A DNA stretch of 64,000 nt from Azolla caroliniana (Eukaryota > Plantae > Polypodiophyta), in contig JBHGNT010000020.1 of NCBI GenBank assembly GCA_043228905.1, positions 930,001 through 994,000 on the forward strand, written 5' to 3'. Below the pieces are notes generated by a model. The model was not told the DNA's origin, ran no database searches, and saw nothing but the letters and a program-made list of their open reading frames with translations. The position numbers and the translations under genes were made by a program. Shown here one piece after another: positions 25,779 to 37,835 of this stretch; position 1 is the first letter of the stretch, and each line of letters starts with the position of its first letter.

Positions 25779-25850
25779 GCGCTTGTAGTCCAACGGTTAG
25801 GATAATTGCCTTCCAAGCAATAGACCCGAGTTCAACTCTCGGCAAGCGCA
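25779..25850 (+). tRNA. tRNA-Gly(TCC), type A consensus
   Basis: Acceptor GCGCTTG/CAAGCGC; D stem GTCC/GGAT; anticodon stem ATTGC/GCAAT with loop CT-TCC-AA; T stem CCGAG/CTCGG with loop TTCAACT. Confidence 0.85.
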
Positions 25851-26474
25851 TACCATGTTATTTCAACCAGTACTCACGATCTACAATAGAAATCTATTGA
25901 AGTCCCTGTCGTAATGTTACGTTCTTCGACAGTTTCATTAGCAAAGGTTTAAATGTCTCCAACAAATTGATGTCCTATAAATATTTTGTGCAAAAACCGT
26001 TTTAATAAACTAGTTTCCTTTTTATCTTATACGAAACATAGTGTCACCTTTTGGTCGCTCACATAAAACATTGAAAACATTAATGACTCAGGTTTGATAT
26101 GAGCCGTACAAATCAGGATATTTTCCTTCAATGCAATAACCAATATTTCAATATTCCGCAAGTGCAAGCTATGTCCTTTAGAGCGATTATCGAATTGGAT
26201 AGAGAAAATGTATTCGATAGATTCGAGAATATAAGATTGTTGAATGATTTTCATAATTAGATTGTAAGAACAAGAGATAAAAATGAATTAATTTGTTGAT
26301 TAGCTTACAAAGCTTGGTTTTGTGGATTTCTTTCATTTGTATGCGAGAAGGAAGTAAGGTGCAGTTTTTATTCGTACAAGTATAGGACTCCCATAATTAT
26401 GCGACTACTCAACAATAATTTTATCTTGCCTATTTTATGTTTCTCATAAGATTCCACAGAAGTGGATGGAAATT

Positions 26475-26546
26475 GCGCTTGTAGTCCAACGGTTAGGATA
26501 ATTGCTTTCCAAGCAATAGACCTGAGTTCAACTCTCGGCAAGCGCA
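26475..26546 (+). tRNA. tRNA-Gly(TCC), type B
   Basis: Same as 25066. Confidence 0.75.
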
Positions 26547-27187
26547 TACCATGTTATTTCAACCAGTACTCACGATCTACAACAGAAATTTGTTGAAGTC
26601 CCTATCGTAATGTTACGTTCTTCGACAATTTCATTAGCAGAGGTTTAAATGTCTCCAACTAATTGATGTCCTATAAATATTTTGTGCAAAAACCGTTTGA
26701 ATAAACAAGATTCCTTTTTATCTTATAAGAAACAAAGCGTCACCGTCTGGTCGCTCACATAGAACATAGAAAACATCAAGGAGTCAGGTTTGATATGAGA
26801 TATTTGTGCGGCTTTAGCCTTACAAATAGGATATTTTTCTTGAAAGCAATAACCAACATTTCAATATTCCGCAAGCGCAAGCTATGTCCTTTACAGCGAT
26901 ACTCGAATTGGATAGACAAAATGTATTCGAAAGATTCGAGAATATAAAATTGTTCAATGACTTTCATAAGTAGATTGTAAGAACACGAGATCAAATTGAA
27001 TTAATCTGATGATTAGCTTACATGGATTGTTTTTGTGGATTTCTTTCATTTGTATGCGAGAAGAAAGTAAGGTTCAGTTTTTATTCGTACAGGTATAGGA
27101 CTCCCATAATTATGCGACTACTCAACAATAATTTTATCTTGCCTATTTTATGTTTCTCATAAGATTCCACAGAAGTGGATGGAAATT

Positions 27188-27259
27188 GCGCTTGTAGTCC
27201 AACGGTTAGGATAATTGCCTTCCAAGCAATAGACCCGAGTTCAACTCTCGGCAAGCGCA
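27188..27259 (+). tRNA. tRNA-Gly(TCC), type A
   Basis: Same as 25779. Confidence 0.85.
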
Positions 27260-27883
27260 TACCATGTTATTTCAACCAGTACTCACGATCTACAATAGAA
27301 ATCTATTGAAGTCCCTGTCATAATGTTACGTTCTTCGACAGTTTCATTAGCAAAGGTTTAAATGTCTCCAACAAATTGATGTCCTATAAATATTTTGTGC
27401 AAAAACCGTTTTAATAAACTAGTTTCCTTTTTATCTTATACGAAACATAGTGTCACCTTTTGGTCGCTCACATAAAACATTGAAAACATTAATGACTCAG
27501 GTTTGATATGAGCCGTACAAATCAGGATATTTTCCTTCAATGCAATAACCAATATTTCAATATTCCGCAAGTGCAAGCTATGTCCTTTAGAGCGATTATC
27601 GAATTGGATAGAGAAAATGTATTCGATAGATTCGAGAATATAAGATTGTTGAATGATTTTCATAATTAGATTGTAAGAACAAGAGATAAAAATGAATTAA
27701 TTTGTTGATTAGCTTACAAAGCTTGGTTTTGTGGATTTCTTTCATTTGTATGCGAGAAGGAAGTAAGGTGCAGTTTTTATTCGTACAAGTATAGGACTCC
27801 CATAATTATGCGACTACTCAACAATAATTTTATCTTGCCTATTTTATGTTTCTCATAAGATTCCACAGAAGTGGATGGAAATT

Positions 27884-27955
27884 GCGCTTGTAGTCCAACG
27901 GTTAGGATAATTGCTTTCCAAGCAATAGACCTGAGTTCAACTCTCGGCAAGCGCA
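27884..27955 (+). tRNA. tRNA-Gly(TCC), type B
   Basis: Same as 25066. Confidence 0.75.
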
Positions 27956-28596
27956 TACCATGTTATTTCAACCAGTACTCACGATCTACAACAGAAATTT
28001 GTTGAAGTCCCTATCGTAATGTTACGTTCTTCGACAATTTCATTAGCAGAGGTTTAAATGTCTCCAACTAATTGATGTCCTATAAATATTTTGTGCAAAA
28101 ACCGTTTGAATAAACAAGATTCCTTTTTATCTTATAAGAAACAAAGCGTCACCGTCTGGTCGCTCACATAGAACATAGAAAACATCAAGGAGTCAGGTTT
28201 GATATGAGATATTTGTGCGGCTTTAGCCTTACAAATAGGATATTTTTCTTGAAAGCAATAACCAACATTTCAATATTCCGCAAGCGCAAGCTATGTCCTT
28301 TACAGCGATACTCGAATTGGATAGACAAAATGTATTCGAAAGATTCGAGAATATAAAATTGTTGAATGACTCTCATAATTAGTTATTAAGAACAAGAGAT
28401 AAAAATAAATTAATCTGTTGATTAGCTTACATAGCTTGGTTTTGTTGATTTCTTTCATTTGTATGCGAGAAGAAACTAAGGTTCAGTTTTTATTCGTACA
28501 GGTATAGGACTCCCATAATTATGCGACTACTCAACAATAATTTTATCTTGCCTATTTTATGTTTCTCATAAGATTCCACAGAAGTGGATGGAAATT

Positions 28597-28668
28597 GCGC
28601 TTGTAGTCCAACGGTTAGGATAATTGCCTTCCAAGCAATAGACCCGAGTTCAACTCTCGGCAAGCGCA
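28597..28668 (+). tRNA. tRNA-Gly(TCC), type A
   Basis: Same as 25779. Confidence 0.85.
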
Positions 28669-29292
28669 TACCATGTTATTTCAACCAGTACTCACGATCT
28701 ACAATAGAAATCTATTGAAGTCCCTGTCGTAATGTTACGTTCTTCGACAGTTTCATTAGCAAAGGTTTAAATGTCTCCAACAAATTGATGTCCTATAAAT
28801 ATTTTGTGCAAAAACCGTTTTAATAAACTAGTTTCCTTTTTATCTTATACGAAACATAGTGTCACCTTTTGGTCGCTCACATAAAACATTGAAAACATTA
28901 ATGACTCAGGTTTGATATGAGCCGTACAAATCAGGATATTTTCCTTCAATGCAATAACCAATATTTCAATATTCCGCAAGTGCAAGCTATGTCCTTTAGA
29001 GCGATTATCGAATTGGATAGAGAAAATGTATTCGATAGATTCGAGAATATAAGATTGTTGAATGATTTTCATAATTAGATTGTAAGAACAAGAGATAAAA
29101 ATGAATTAATTTGTTGATTAGCTTACAAAGCTTGGTTTTGTGGATTTCTTTCATTTGTATGCGAGAAGGAAGTAAGGTGCAGTTTTTATTCGTACAAGTA
29201 TAGGACTCCCATAATTATGCGACTACTCAACAATAATTTTATCTTGCCTATTTTATGTTTCTCATAAGATTCCACAGAAGTGGATGGAAATT

Positions 29293-29364
29293 GCGCTTGT
29301 AGTCCAACGGTTAGGATAATTGCTTTCCAAGCAATAGACCTGAGTTCAACTCTCGGCAAGCGCA
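29293..29364 (+). tRNA. tRNA-Gly(TCC), type B
   Basis: Same as 25066. Confidence 0.75.
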
Positions 29365-30005
29365 TACCATGTTATTTCAACCAGTACTCACGATCTACAA
29401 CAGAAATTTGTTGAAGTCCCTATCGTAATGTTACGTTCTTCGACAATTTCATTAGCAGAGGTTTAAATGTCTCCAACTAATTGATGTCCTATAAATATTT
29501 TGTGCAAAAACCGTTTGAATAAACAAGATTCCTTTTTATCTTATAAGAAACAAAGCGTCACCGTCTGGTCGCTCACATAGAACATAGAAAACATCAAGGA
29601 GTCAGGTTTGATATGAGATATTTGTGCGGCTTTAGCCTTACAAATAGGATATTTTTCTTGAAAGCAATAACCAACATTTCAATATTCCGCAAGCGCAAGC
29701 TATGTCCTTTACAGCGATACTCGAATTGGATAGACAAAATGTATTCGAAAGATTCGAGAATATAAAATTGTTCAATGACTTTCATAAGTAGATTGTAAGA
29801 ACACGAGATCAAATTGAATTAATCTGATGATTAGCTTACATGGATTGTTTTTGTGGATTTCTTTCATTTGTATGCGAGAAGAAAGTAAGGTTCAGTTTTT
29901 ATTCGTACAGGTATAGGACTCCCATAATTATGCGACTACTCAACAATAATTTTATCTTGCCTATTTTATGTTTCTCATAAGATTCCACAGAAGTGGATGG
30001 AAATT

Positions 30006-30077
30006 GCGCTTGTAGTCCAACGGTTAGGATAATTGCCTTCCAAGCAATAGACCCGAGTTCAACTCTCGGCAAGCGCA
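30006..30077 (+). tRNA. tRNA-Gly(TCC), type A
   Basis: Same as 25779. Confidence 0.85.
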
Positions 30078-30701
30078 TACCATGTTATTTCAACCAGTAC
30101 TCACGATCTACAATAGAAATCTATTGAAGTCCCTGTCATAATGTTACGTTCTTCGACAGTTTCATTAGCAAAGGTTTAAATGTCTCCAACAAATTGATGT
30201 CCTATAAATATTTTGTGCAAAAACCGTTTTAATAAACTAGTTTCCTTTTTATCTTATACGAAACATAGTGTCACCTTTTGGTCGCTCACATAAAACATTG
30301 AAAACATTAATGACTCAGGTTTGATATGAGCCGTACAAATCAGGATATTTTCCTTCAATGCAATAACCAATATTTCAATATTCCGCAAGTGCAAGCTATG
30401 TCCTTTAGAGCGATTATCGAATTGGATAGAGAAAATGTATTCGATAGATTCGAGAATATAAGATTGTTGAATGATTTTCATAATTAGATTGTAAGAACAA
30501 GAGATAAAAATGAATTAATTTGTTGATTAGCTTACAAAGCTTGGTTTTGTGGATTTCTTTCATTTGTATGCGAGAAGGAAGTAAGGTGCAGTTTTTATTC
30601 GTACAAGTATAGGACTCCCATAATTATGCGACTACTCAACAATAATTTTATCTTGCCTATTTTATGTTTCTCATAAGATTCCACAGAAGTGGATGGAAAT
30701 T

Positions 30702-30773
30702 GCGCTTGTAGTCCAACGGTTAGGATAATTGCTTTCCAAGCAATAGACCTGAGTTCAACTCTCGGCAAGCGCA
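30702..30773 (+). tRNA. tRNA-Gly(TCC), type B
   Basis: Same as 25066. Confidence 0.75.
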
Positions 30774-31414
30774 TACCATGTTATTTCAACCAGTACTCAC
30801 GATCTACAACAGAAATTTGTTGAAGTCCCTATCGTAATGTTACGTTCTTCGACAATTTCATTAGCAGAGGTTTAAATGTCTCCAACTAATTGATGTCCTA
30901 TAAATATTTTGTGCAAAAACCGTTTGAATAAACAAGATTCCTTTTTATCTTATAAGAAACAAAGCGTCACCGTCTGGTCGCTCACATAGAACATAGAAAA
31001 CATCAAGGAGTCAGGTTTGATATGAGATATTTGTGCGGCTTTAGCCTTACAAATAGGATATTTTTCTTGAAAGCAATAACCAACATTTCAATATTCCGCA
31101 AGCGCAAGCTATGTCCTTTACAGCGATACTCGAATTGGATAGACAAAATGTATTCGAAAGATTCGAGAATATAAAATTGTTGAATGACTCTCATAATTAG
31201 TTATTAAGAACAAGAGATAAAAATAAATTAATCTGTTGATTAGCTTACATAGCTTGGTTTTGTTGATTTCTTTCATTTGTATGCGAGAAGAAACTAAGGT
31301 TCAGTTTTTATTCGTACAGGTATAGGACTCCCATAATTATGCGACTACTCAACAATAATTTTATCTTGCCTATTTTATGTTTCTCATAAGATTCCACAGA
31401 AGTGGATGGAAATT

Positions 31415-31486
31415 GCGCTTGTAGTCCAACGGTTAGGATAATTGCCTTCCAAGCAATAGACCCGAGTTCAACTCTCGGCAAGCGCA
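31415..31486 (+). tRNA. tRNA-Gly(TCC), type A
   Basis: Same as 25779. Confidence 0.85.
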
Positions 31487-32110
31487 TACCATGTTATTTC
31501 AACCAGTACTCACGATCTACAATAGAAATCTATTGAAGTCCCTGTCGTAATGTTACGTTCTTCGACAGTTTCATTAGCAAAGGTTTAAATGTCTCCAACA
31601 AATTGATGTCCTATAAATATTTTGTGCAAAAACCGTTTTAATAAACTAGTTTCCTTTTTATCTTATACGAAACATAGTGTCACCTTTTGGTCGCTCACAT
31701 AAAACATTGAAAACATTAATGACTCAGGTTTGATATGAGCCGTACAAATCAGGATATTTTCCTTCAATGCAATAACCAATATTTCAATATTCCGCAAGTG
31801 CAAGCTATGTCCTTTAGAGCGATTATCGAATTGGATAGAGAAAATGTATTCGATAGATTCGAGAATATAAGATTGTTGAATGATTTTCATAATTAGATTG
31901 TAAGAACAAGAGATAAAAATGAATTAATTTGTTGATTAGCTTACAAAGCTTGGTTTTGTGGATTTCTTTCATTTGTATGCGAGAAGGAAGTAAGGTGCAG
32001 TTTTTATTCGTACAAGTATAGGACTCCCATAATTATGCGACTACTCAACAATAATTTTATCTTGCCTATTTTATGTTTCTCATAAGATTCCACAGAAGTG
32101 GATGGAAATT

Positions 32111-32182
32111 GCGCTTGTAGTCCAACGGTTAGGATAATTGCTTTCCAAGCAATAGACCTGAGTTCAACTCTCGGCAAGCGCA
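32111..32182 (+). tRNA. tRNA-Gly(TCC), type B
   Basis: Same as 25066. Confidence 0.75.
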
Positions 32183-32823
32183 TACCATGTTATTTCAACC
32201 AGTACTCACGATCTACAACAGAAATTTGTTGAAGTCCCTATCGTAATGTTACGTTCTTCGACAATTTCATTAGCAGAGGTTTAAATGTCTCCAACTAATT
32301 GATGTCCTATAAATATTTTGTGCAAAAACCGTTTGAATAAACAAGATTCCTTTTTATCTTATAAGAAACAAAGCGTCACCGTCTGGTCGCTCACATAGAA
32401 CATAGAAAACATCAAGGAGTCAGGTTTGATATGAGATATTTGTGCGGCTTTAGCCTTACAAATAGGATATTTTTCTTGAAAGCAATAACCAACATTTCAA
32501 TATTCCGCAAGCGCAAGCTATGTCCTTTACAGCGATACTCGAATTGGATAGACAAAATGTATTCGAAAGATTCGAGAATATAAAATTGTTGAATGACTCT
32601 CATAATTAGTTATTAAGAACAAGAGATAAAAATAAATTAATCTGTTGATTAGCTTACATAGCTTGGTTTTGTTGATTTCTTTCATTTGTATGCGAGAAGA
32701 AACTAAGGTTCAGTTTTTATTCGTACAGGTATAGGACTCCCATAATTATGCGACTACTCAACAATAATTTTATCTTGCCTATTTTATGTTTCTCATAAGA
32801 TTCCACAGAAGTGGATGGAAATT

Positions 32824-32895
32824 GCGCTTGTAGTCCAACGGTTAGGATAATTGCCTTCCAAGCAATAGACCCGAGTTCAACTCTCGGCAAGCGCA
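32824..32895 (+). tRNA. tRNA-Gly(TCC), type A
   Basis: Same as 25779. Confidence 0.85.
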
Positions 32896-33519
32896 TACCA
32901 TGTTATTTCAACCAGTACTCACGATCTACAATAGAAATCTATTGAAGTCCCTGTCGTAATGTTACGTTCTTCGACAGTTTCATTAGCAAAGGTTTAAATG
33001 TCTCCAACAAATTGATGTCCTATAAATATTTTGTGCAAAAACCGTTTTAATAAACTAGTTTCCTTTTTATCTTATACGAAACATAGTGTCACCTTTTGGT
33101 CGCTCACATAAAACATTGAAAACATTAATGACTCAGGTTTGATATGAGCCGTACAAATCAGGATATTTTCCTTCAATGCAATAACCAATATTTCAATATT
33201 CCGCAAGTGCAAGCTATGTCCTTTAGAGCGATTATCGAATTGGATAGAGAAAATGTATTCGATAGATTCGAGAATATAAGATTGTTGAATGATTTTCATA
33301 ATTAGATTGTAAGAACAAGAGATAAAAATGAATTAATTTGTTGATTAGCTTACAAAGCTTGGTTTTGTGGATTTCTTTCATTTGTATGCGAGAAGGAAGT
33401 AAGGTGCAGTTTTTATTCGTACAAGTATAGGACTCCCATAATTATGCGACTACTCAACAATAATTTTATCTTGCCTATTTTATGTTTCTCATAAGATTCC
33501 ACAGAAGTGGATGGAAATT

Positions 33520-33591
33520 GCGCTTGTAGTCCAACGGTTAGGATAATTGCTTTCCAAGCAATAGACCTGAGTTCAACTCTCGGCAAGCGCA
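33520..33591 (+). tRNA. tRNA-Gly(TCC), type B
   Basis: Same as 25066. Confidence 0.75.
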
Positions 33592-34232
33592 TACCATGTT
33601 ATTTCAACCAGTACTCACGATCTACAACAGAAATTTGTTGAAGTCCCTATCGTAATGTTACGTTCTTCGACAATTTCATTAGCAGAGGTTTAAATGTCTC
33701 CAACTAATTGATGTCCTATAAATATTTTGTGCAAAAACCGTTTGAATAAACAAGATTCCTTTTTATCTTATAAGAAACAAAGCGTCACCGTCTGGTCGCT
33801 CACATAGAACATAGAAAACATCAAGGAGTCAGGTTTGATATGAGATATTTGTGCGGCTTTAGCCTTACAAATAGGATATTTTTCTTGAAAGCAATAACCA
33901 ACATTTCAATATTCCGCAAGCGCAAGCTATGTCCTTTACAGCGATACTCGAATTGGATAGACAAAATGTATTCGAAAGATTCGAGAATATAAAATTGTTG
34001 AATGACTCTCATAATTAGTTATTAAGAACAAGAGATAAAAATAAATTAATCTGTTGATTAGCTTACATAGCTTGGTTTTGTTGATTTCTTTCATTTGTAT
34101 GCGAGAAGAAACTAAGGTTCAGTTTTTATTCGTACAGGTATAGGACTCCCATAATTATGCGACTACTCAACAATAATTTTATCTTGCCTATTTTATGTTT
34201 CTCATAAGATTCCACAGAAGTGGATGGAAATT

Positions 34233-34304
34233 GCGCTTGTAGTCCAACGGTTAGGATAATTGCCTTCCAAGCAATAGACCCGAGTTCAACTCTCGGCAAG
34301 CGCA
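34233..34304 (+). tRNA. tRNA-Gly(TCC), type A
   Basis: Same as 25779. Confidence 0.85.
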
Positions 34305-34928
34305 TACCATGTTATTTCAACCAGTACTCACGATCTACAATAGAAATCTATTGAAGTCCCTGTCGTAATGTTACGTTCTTCGACAGTTTCATTAGCAAAG
34401 GTTTAAATGTCTCCAACAAATTGATGTCCTATAAATATTTTGTGCAAAAACCGTTTTAATAAACTAGTTTCCTTTTTATCTTATACGAAACATAGTGTCA
34501 CCTTTTGGTCGCTCACATAAAACATTGAAAACATTAATGACTCAGGTTTGATATGAGCCGTACAAATCAGGATATTTTCCTTCAATGCAATAACCAATAT
34601 TTCAATATTCCGCAAGTGCAAGCTATGTCCTTTAGAGCGATTATCGAATTGGATAGAGAAAATGTATTCGATAGATTCGAGAATATAAGATTGTTGAATG
34701 ATTTTCATAATTAGATTGTAAGAACAAGAGATAAAAATGAATTAATTTGTTGATTAGCTTACAAAGCTTGGTTTTGTGGATTTCTTTCATTTGTATGCGA
34801 GAAGGAAGTAAGGTGCAGTTTTTATTCGTACAAGTATAGGACTCCCATAATTATGCGACTACTCAACAATAATTTTATCTTGCCTATTTTATGTTTCTCA
34901 TAAGATTCCACAGAAGTGGATGGAAATT

Positions 34929-35000
34929 GCGCTTGTAGTCCAACGGTTAGGATAATTGCTTTCCAAGCAATAGACCTGAGTTCAACTCTCGGCAAGCGCA
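34929..35000 (+). tRNA. tRNA-Gly(TCC), type B
   Basis: Same as 25066. Confidence 0.75.
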
Positions 35001-35641
35001 TACCATGTTATTTCAACCAGTACTCACGATCTACAACAGAAATTTGTTGAAGTCCCTATCGTAATGTTACGTTCTTCGACAATTTCATTAGCAGAGGTTT
35101 AAATGTCTCCAACTAATTGATGTCCTATAAATATTTTGTGCAAAAACCGTTTGAATAAACAAGATTCCTTTTTATCTTATAAGAAACAAAGCGTCACCGT
35201 CTGGTCGCTCACATAGAACATAGAAAACATCAAGGAGTCAGGTTTGATATGAGATATTTGTGCGGCTTTAGCCTTACAAATAGGATATTTTTCTTGAAAG
35301 CAATAACCAACATTTCAATATTCCGCAAGCGCAAGCTATGTCCTTTACAGCGATACTCGAATTGGATAGACAAAATGTATTCGAAAGATTCGAGAATATA
35401 AAATTGTTGAATGACTCTCATAATTAGTTATTAAGAACAAGAGATAAAAATAAATTAATCTGTTGATTAGCTTACATAGCTTGGTTTTGTTGATTTCTTT
35501 CATTTGTATGCGAGAAGAAACTAAGGTTCAGTTTTTATTCGTACAGGTATAGGACTCCCATAATTATGCGACTACTCAACAATAATTTTATCTTGCCTAT
35601 TTTATGTTTCTCATAAGATTCCACAGAAGTGGATGGAAATT

Positions 35642-35713
35642 GCGCTTGTAGTCCAACGGTTAGGATAATTGCCTTCCAAGCAATAGACCCGAGTTCAACT
35701 CTCGGCAAGCGCA
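35642..35713 (+). tRNA. tRNA-Gly(TCC), type A
   Basis: Same as 25779. Confidence 0.85.
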
Positions 35714-36337
35714 TACCATGTTATTTCAACCAGTACTCACGATCTACAATAGAAATCTATTGAAGTCCCTGTCGTAATGTTACGTTCTTCGACAGTTTCA
35801 TTAGCAAAGGTTTAAATGTCTCCAACAAATTGATGTCCTATAAATATTTTGTGCAAAAACCGTTTTAATAAACTAGTTTCCTTTTTATCTTATACGAAAC
35901 ATAGTGTCACCTTTTGGTCGCTCACATAAAACATTGAAAACATTAATGACTCAGGTTTGATATGAGCCGTACAAATCAGGATATTTTCCTTCAATGCAAT
36001 AACCAATATTTCAATATTCCGCAAGTGCAAGCTATGTCCTTTAGAGCGATTATCGAATTGGATAGAGAAAATGTATTCGATAGATTCGAGAATATAAGAT
36101 TGTTGAATGATTTTCATAATTAGATTGTAAGAACAAGAGATAAAAATGAATTAATTTGTTGATTAGCTTACAAAGCTTGGTTTTGTGGATTTCTTTCATT
36201 TGTATGCGAGAAGGAAGTAAGGTGCAGTTTTTATTCGTACAAGTATAGGACTCCCATAATTATGCGACTACTCAACAATAATTTTATCTTGCCTATTTTA
36301 TGTTTCTCATAAGATTCCACAGAAGTGGATGGAAATT

Positions 36338-36409
36338 GCGCTTGTAGTCCAACGGTTAGGATAATTGCTTTCCAAGCAATAGACCTGAGTTCAACTCTCG
36401 GCAAGCGCA
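36338..36409 (+). tRNA. tRNA-Gly(TCC), type B
   Basis: Same as 25066. Confidence 0.75.
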
Positions 36410-37050
36410 TACCATGTTATTTCAACCAGTACTCACGATCTACAACAGAAATTTGTTGAAGTCCCTATCGTAATGTTACGTTCTTCGACAATTTCATTAG
36501 CAGAGGTTTAAATGTCTCCAACTAATTGATGTCCTATAAATATTTTGTGCAAAAACCGTTTGAATAAACAAGATTCCTTTTTATCTTATAAGAAACAAAG
36601 CGTCACCGTCTGGTCGCTCACATAGAACATAGAAAACATCAAGGAGTCAGGTTTGATATGAGATATTTGTGCGGCTTTAGCCTTACAAATAGGATATTTT
36701 TCTTGAAAGCAATAACCAACATTTCAATATTCCGCAAGGGCAAGCTATGTCCTTTACAGCGATACTCGAATTGGATAGACAAAATGTATTCGAAAGATTC
36801 GAGAATATAAAATTGTTGAATGACTCTCATAATTAGTTATTAAGAACAAGAGATAAAAATAAATTAATCTGTTGATTAGCTTACATAGCTTGGTTTTGTT
36901 GATTTCTTTCATTTGTATGCGAGAAGAAACTAAGGTTCAGTTTTTATTCGTACAGGTATAGGACTCCCATAATTATGCGACTACTCAACAATAATTTTAT
37001 CTTGCCTATTGTAAGTTTCTCATAAGCTTCGACTCAAGAAGATGGAAATT

Positions 37051-37122
37051 GCGCTTGTAGTCCAACGGTTAGGATAATTGCCTTCCAAGCAATGGACCCG
37101 AGTTCAACTCTCGGCAAGCGCA
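37051..37122 (+). tRNA. tRNA-Gly(TCC), variable-loop variant GGAC
   Basis: All stems intact. Confidence 0.8.
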
Positions 37123-37763
37123 TATCATGTTATTTCAACCAGTACTCACGATCTAAAATAGAAATTTGTTGAAGTCCCTATCGTAATTTTACGTTCTTCG
37201 AGAGTTTCATTAGCAGAAGTTTAAATGTCTCCAACAAATTGATGTCCTATAAATATTTTGTGCAAAAACGGTTTGAATAAACTAGATTCCTTTTTATCTT
37301 ATAAGAAACATAGCGTCACCTTCTGGTTGCTCACATAATACATTTATAATATTAAGGAGTCAGGTTTGATATGAGATATTTGTACGGCTTTCGCCGTACA
37401 ATTAGGATATTTTTCTTGAATGCAATAACCAATGTTTCAATATTCCGCAAGTGCAAGCTATGTCCTTTAGAGCGATTATCGAATTGGATAGACAAAATGT
37501 ATTCGATAGATTCGAGAATATAAAATTGTTGAATGAATTTCATAATTAGATTGTAAGAACAAGAGATAAAAATGAATTAATCTGTTGATTAGCTTACATA
37601 GCTTGGTTTTGTTGATTTCTTTCATTTGTATGTGAGAGAAAAGTAAGGTTCAGTTTTTATTCGTACAGGTATAGGACTCCTATAATTATGCGACTACTCA
37701 ACAATAATTTTATTTTTCCTATTTCAAGTTTCTCATAAGCTTCGACTCAAGAAGATGGAAATT

Positions 37764-37835
37764 GCGCTTGTAGTCCAACGGTTAGGATAATTGCCTTCCA
37801 AGCAATAGACCCGAGTTCAACTCTCGGCAAGCGCA
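37764..37835 (+). tRNA. tRNA-Gly(TCC), consensus
   Basis: Same as 25779. Confidence 0.85.

Larger units (their letters stand above)
24200..37010 (+). repeat. Homogeneous higher-order repeat: 9 x 1409-bp dimer (696+713)
   Basis: Identical spurious ORFs recur at exact 1409-bp steps (24618, 26027 ... 35890). tRNA starts alternate +696/+713. Confidence 0.96.

Noticed and set aside
25850-25855. CCA after the tRNA suggesting a retrocopy or SINE
   Set aside because: CCA is 2 nt away from the discriminator (A-TA-CCA), and there is no poly(A) tail or TSD.
25851-25987. Dicistronic tRNA-Gly-snoRNA gene
   Set aside because: No RUGAUGA/CUGA box pair visible in the trailer; kept only as an unexplained long trailer.
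24618-36830. Recurring 63-75 aa minus-strand ORFs (MKIIQQSY..., MRVIQQFY...)
   Set aside because: Antisense read of the tRNA-relic half. They recur only because the DNA repeats, are broken at random in other monomers and show no domain.
37051-37763. 713 bp as 4 x 178-bp centromere-type subunits
   Set aside because: Only a two-part 333/380 substructure is visible; I found no 178-bp periodicity.
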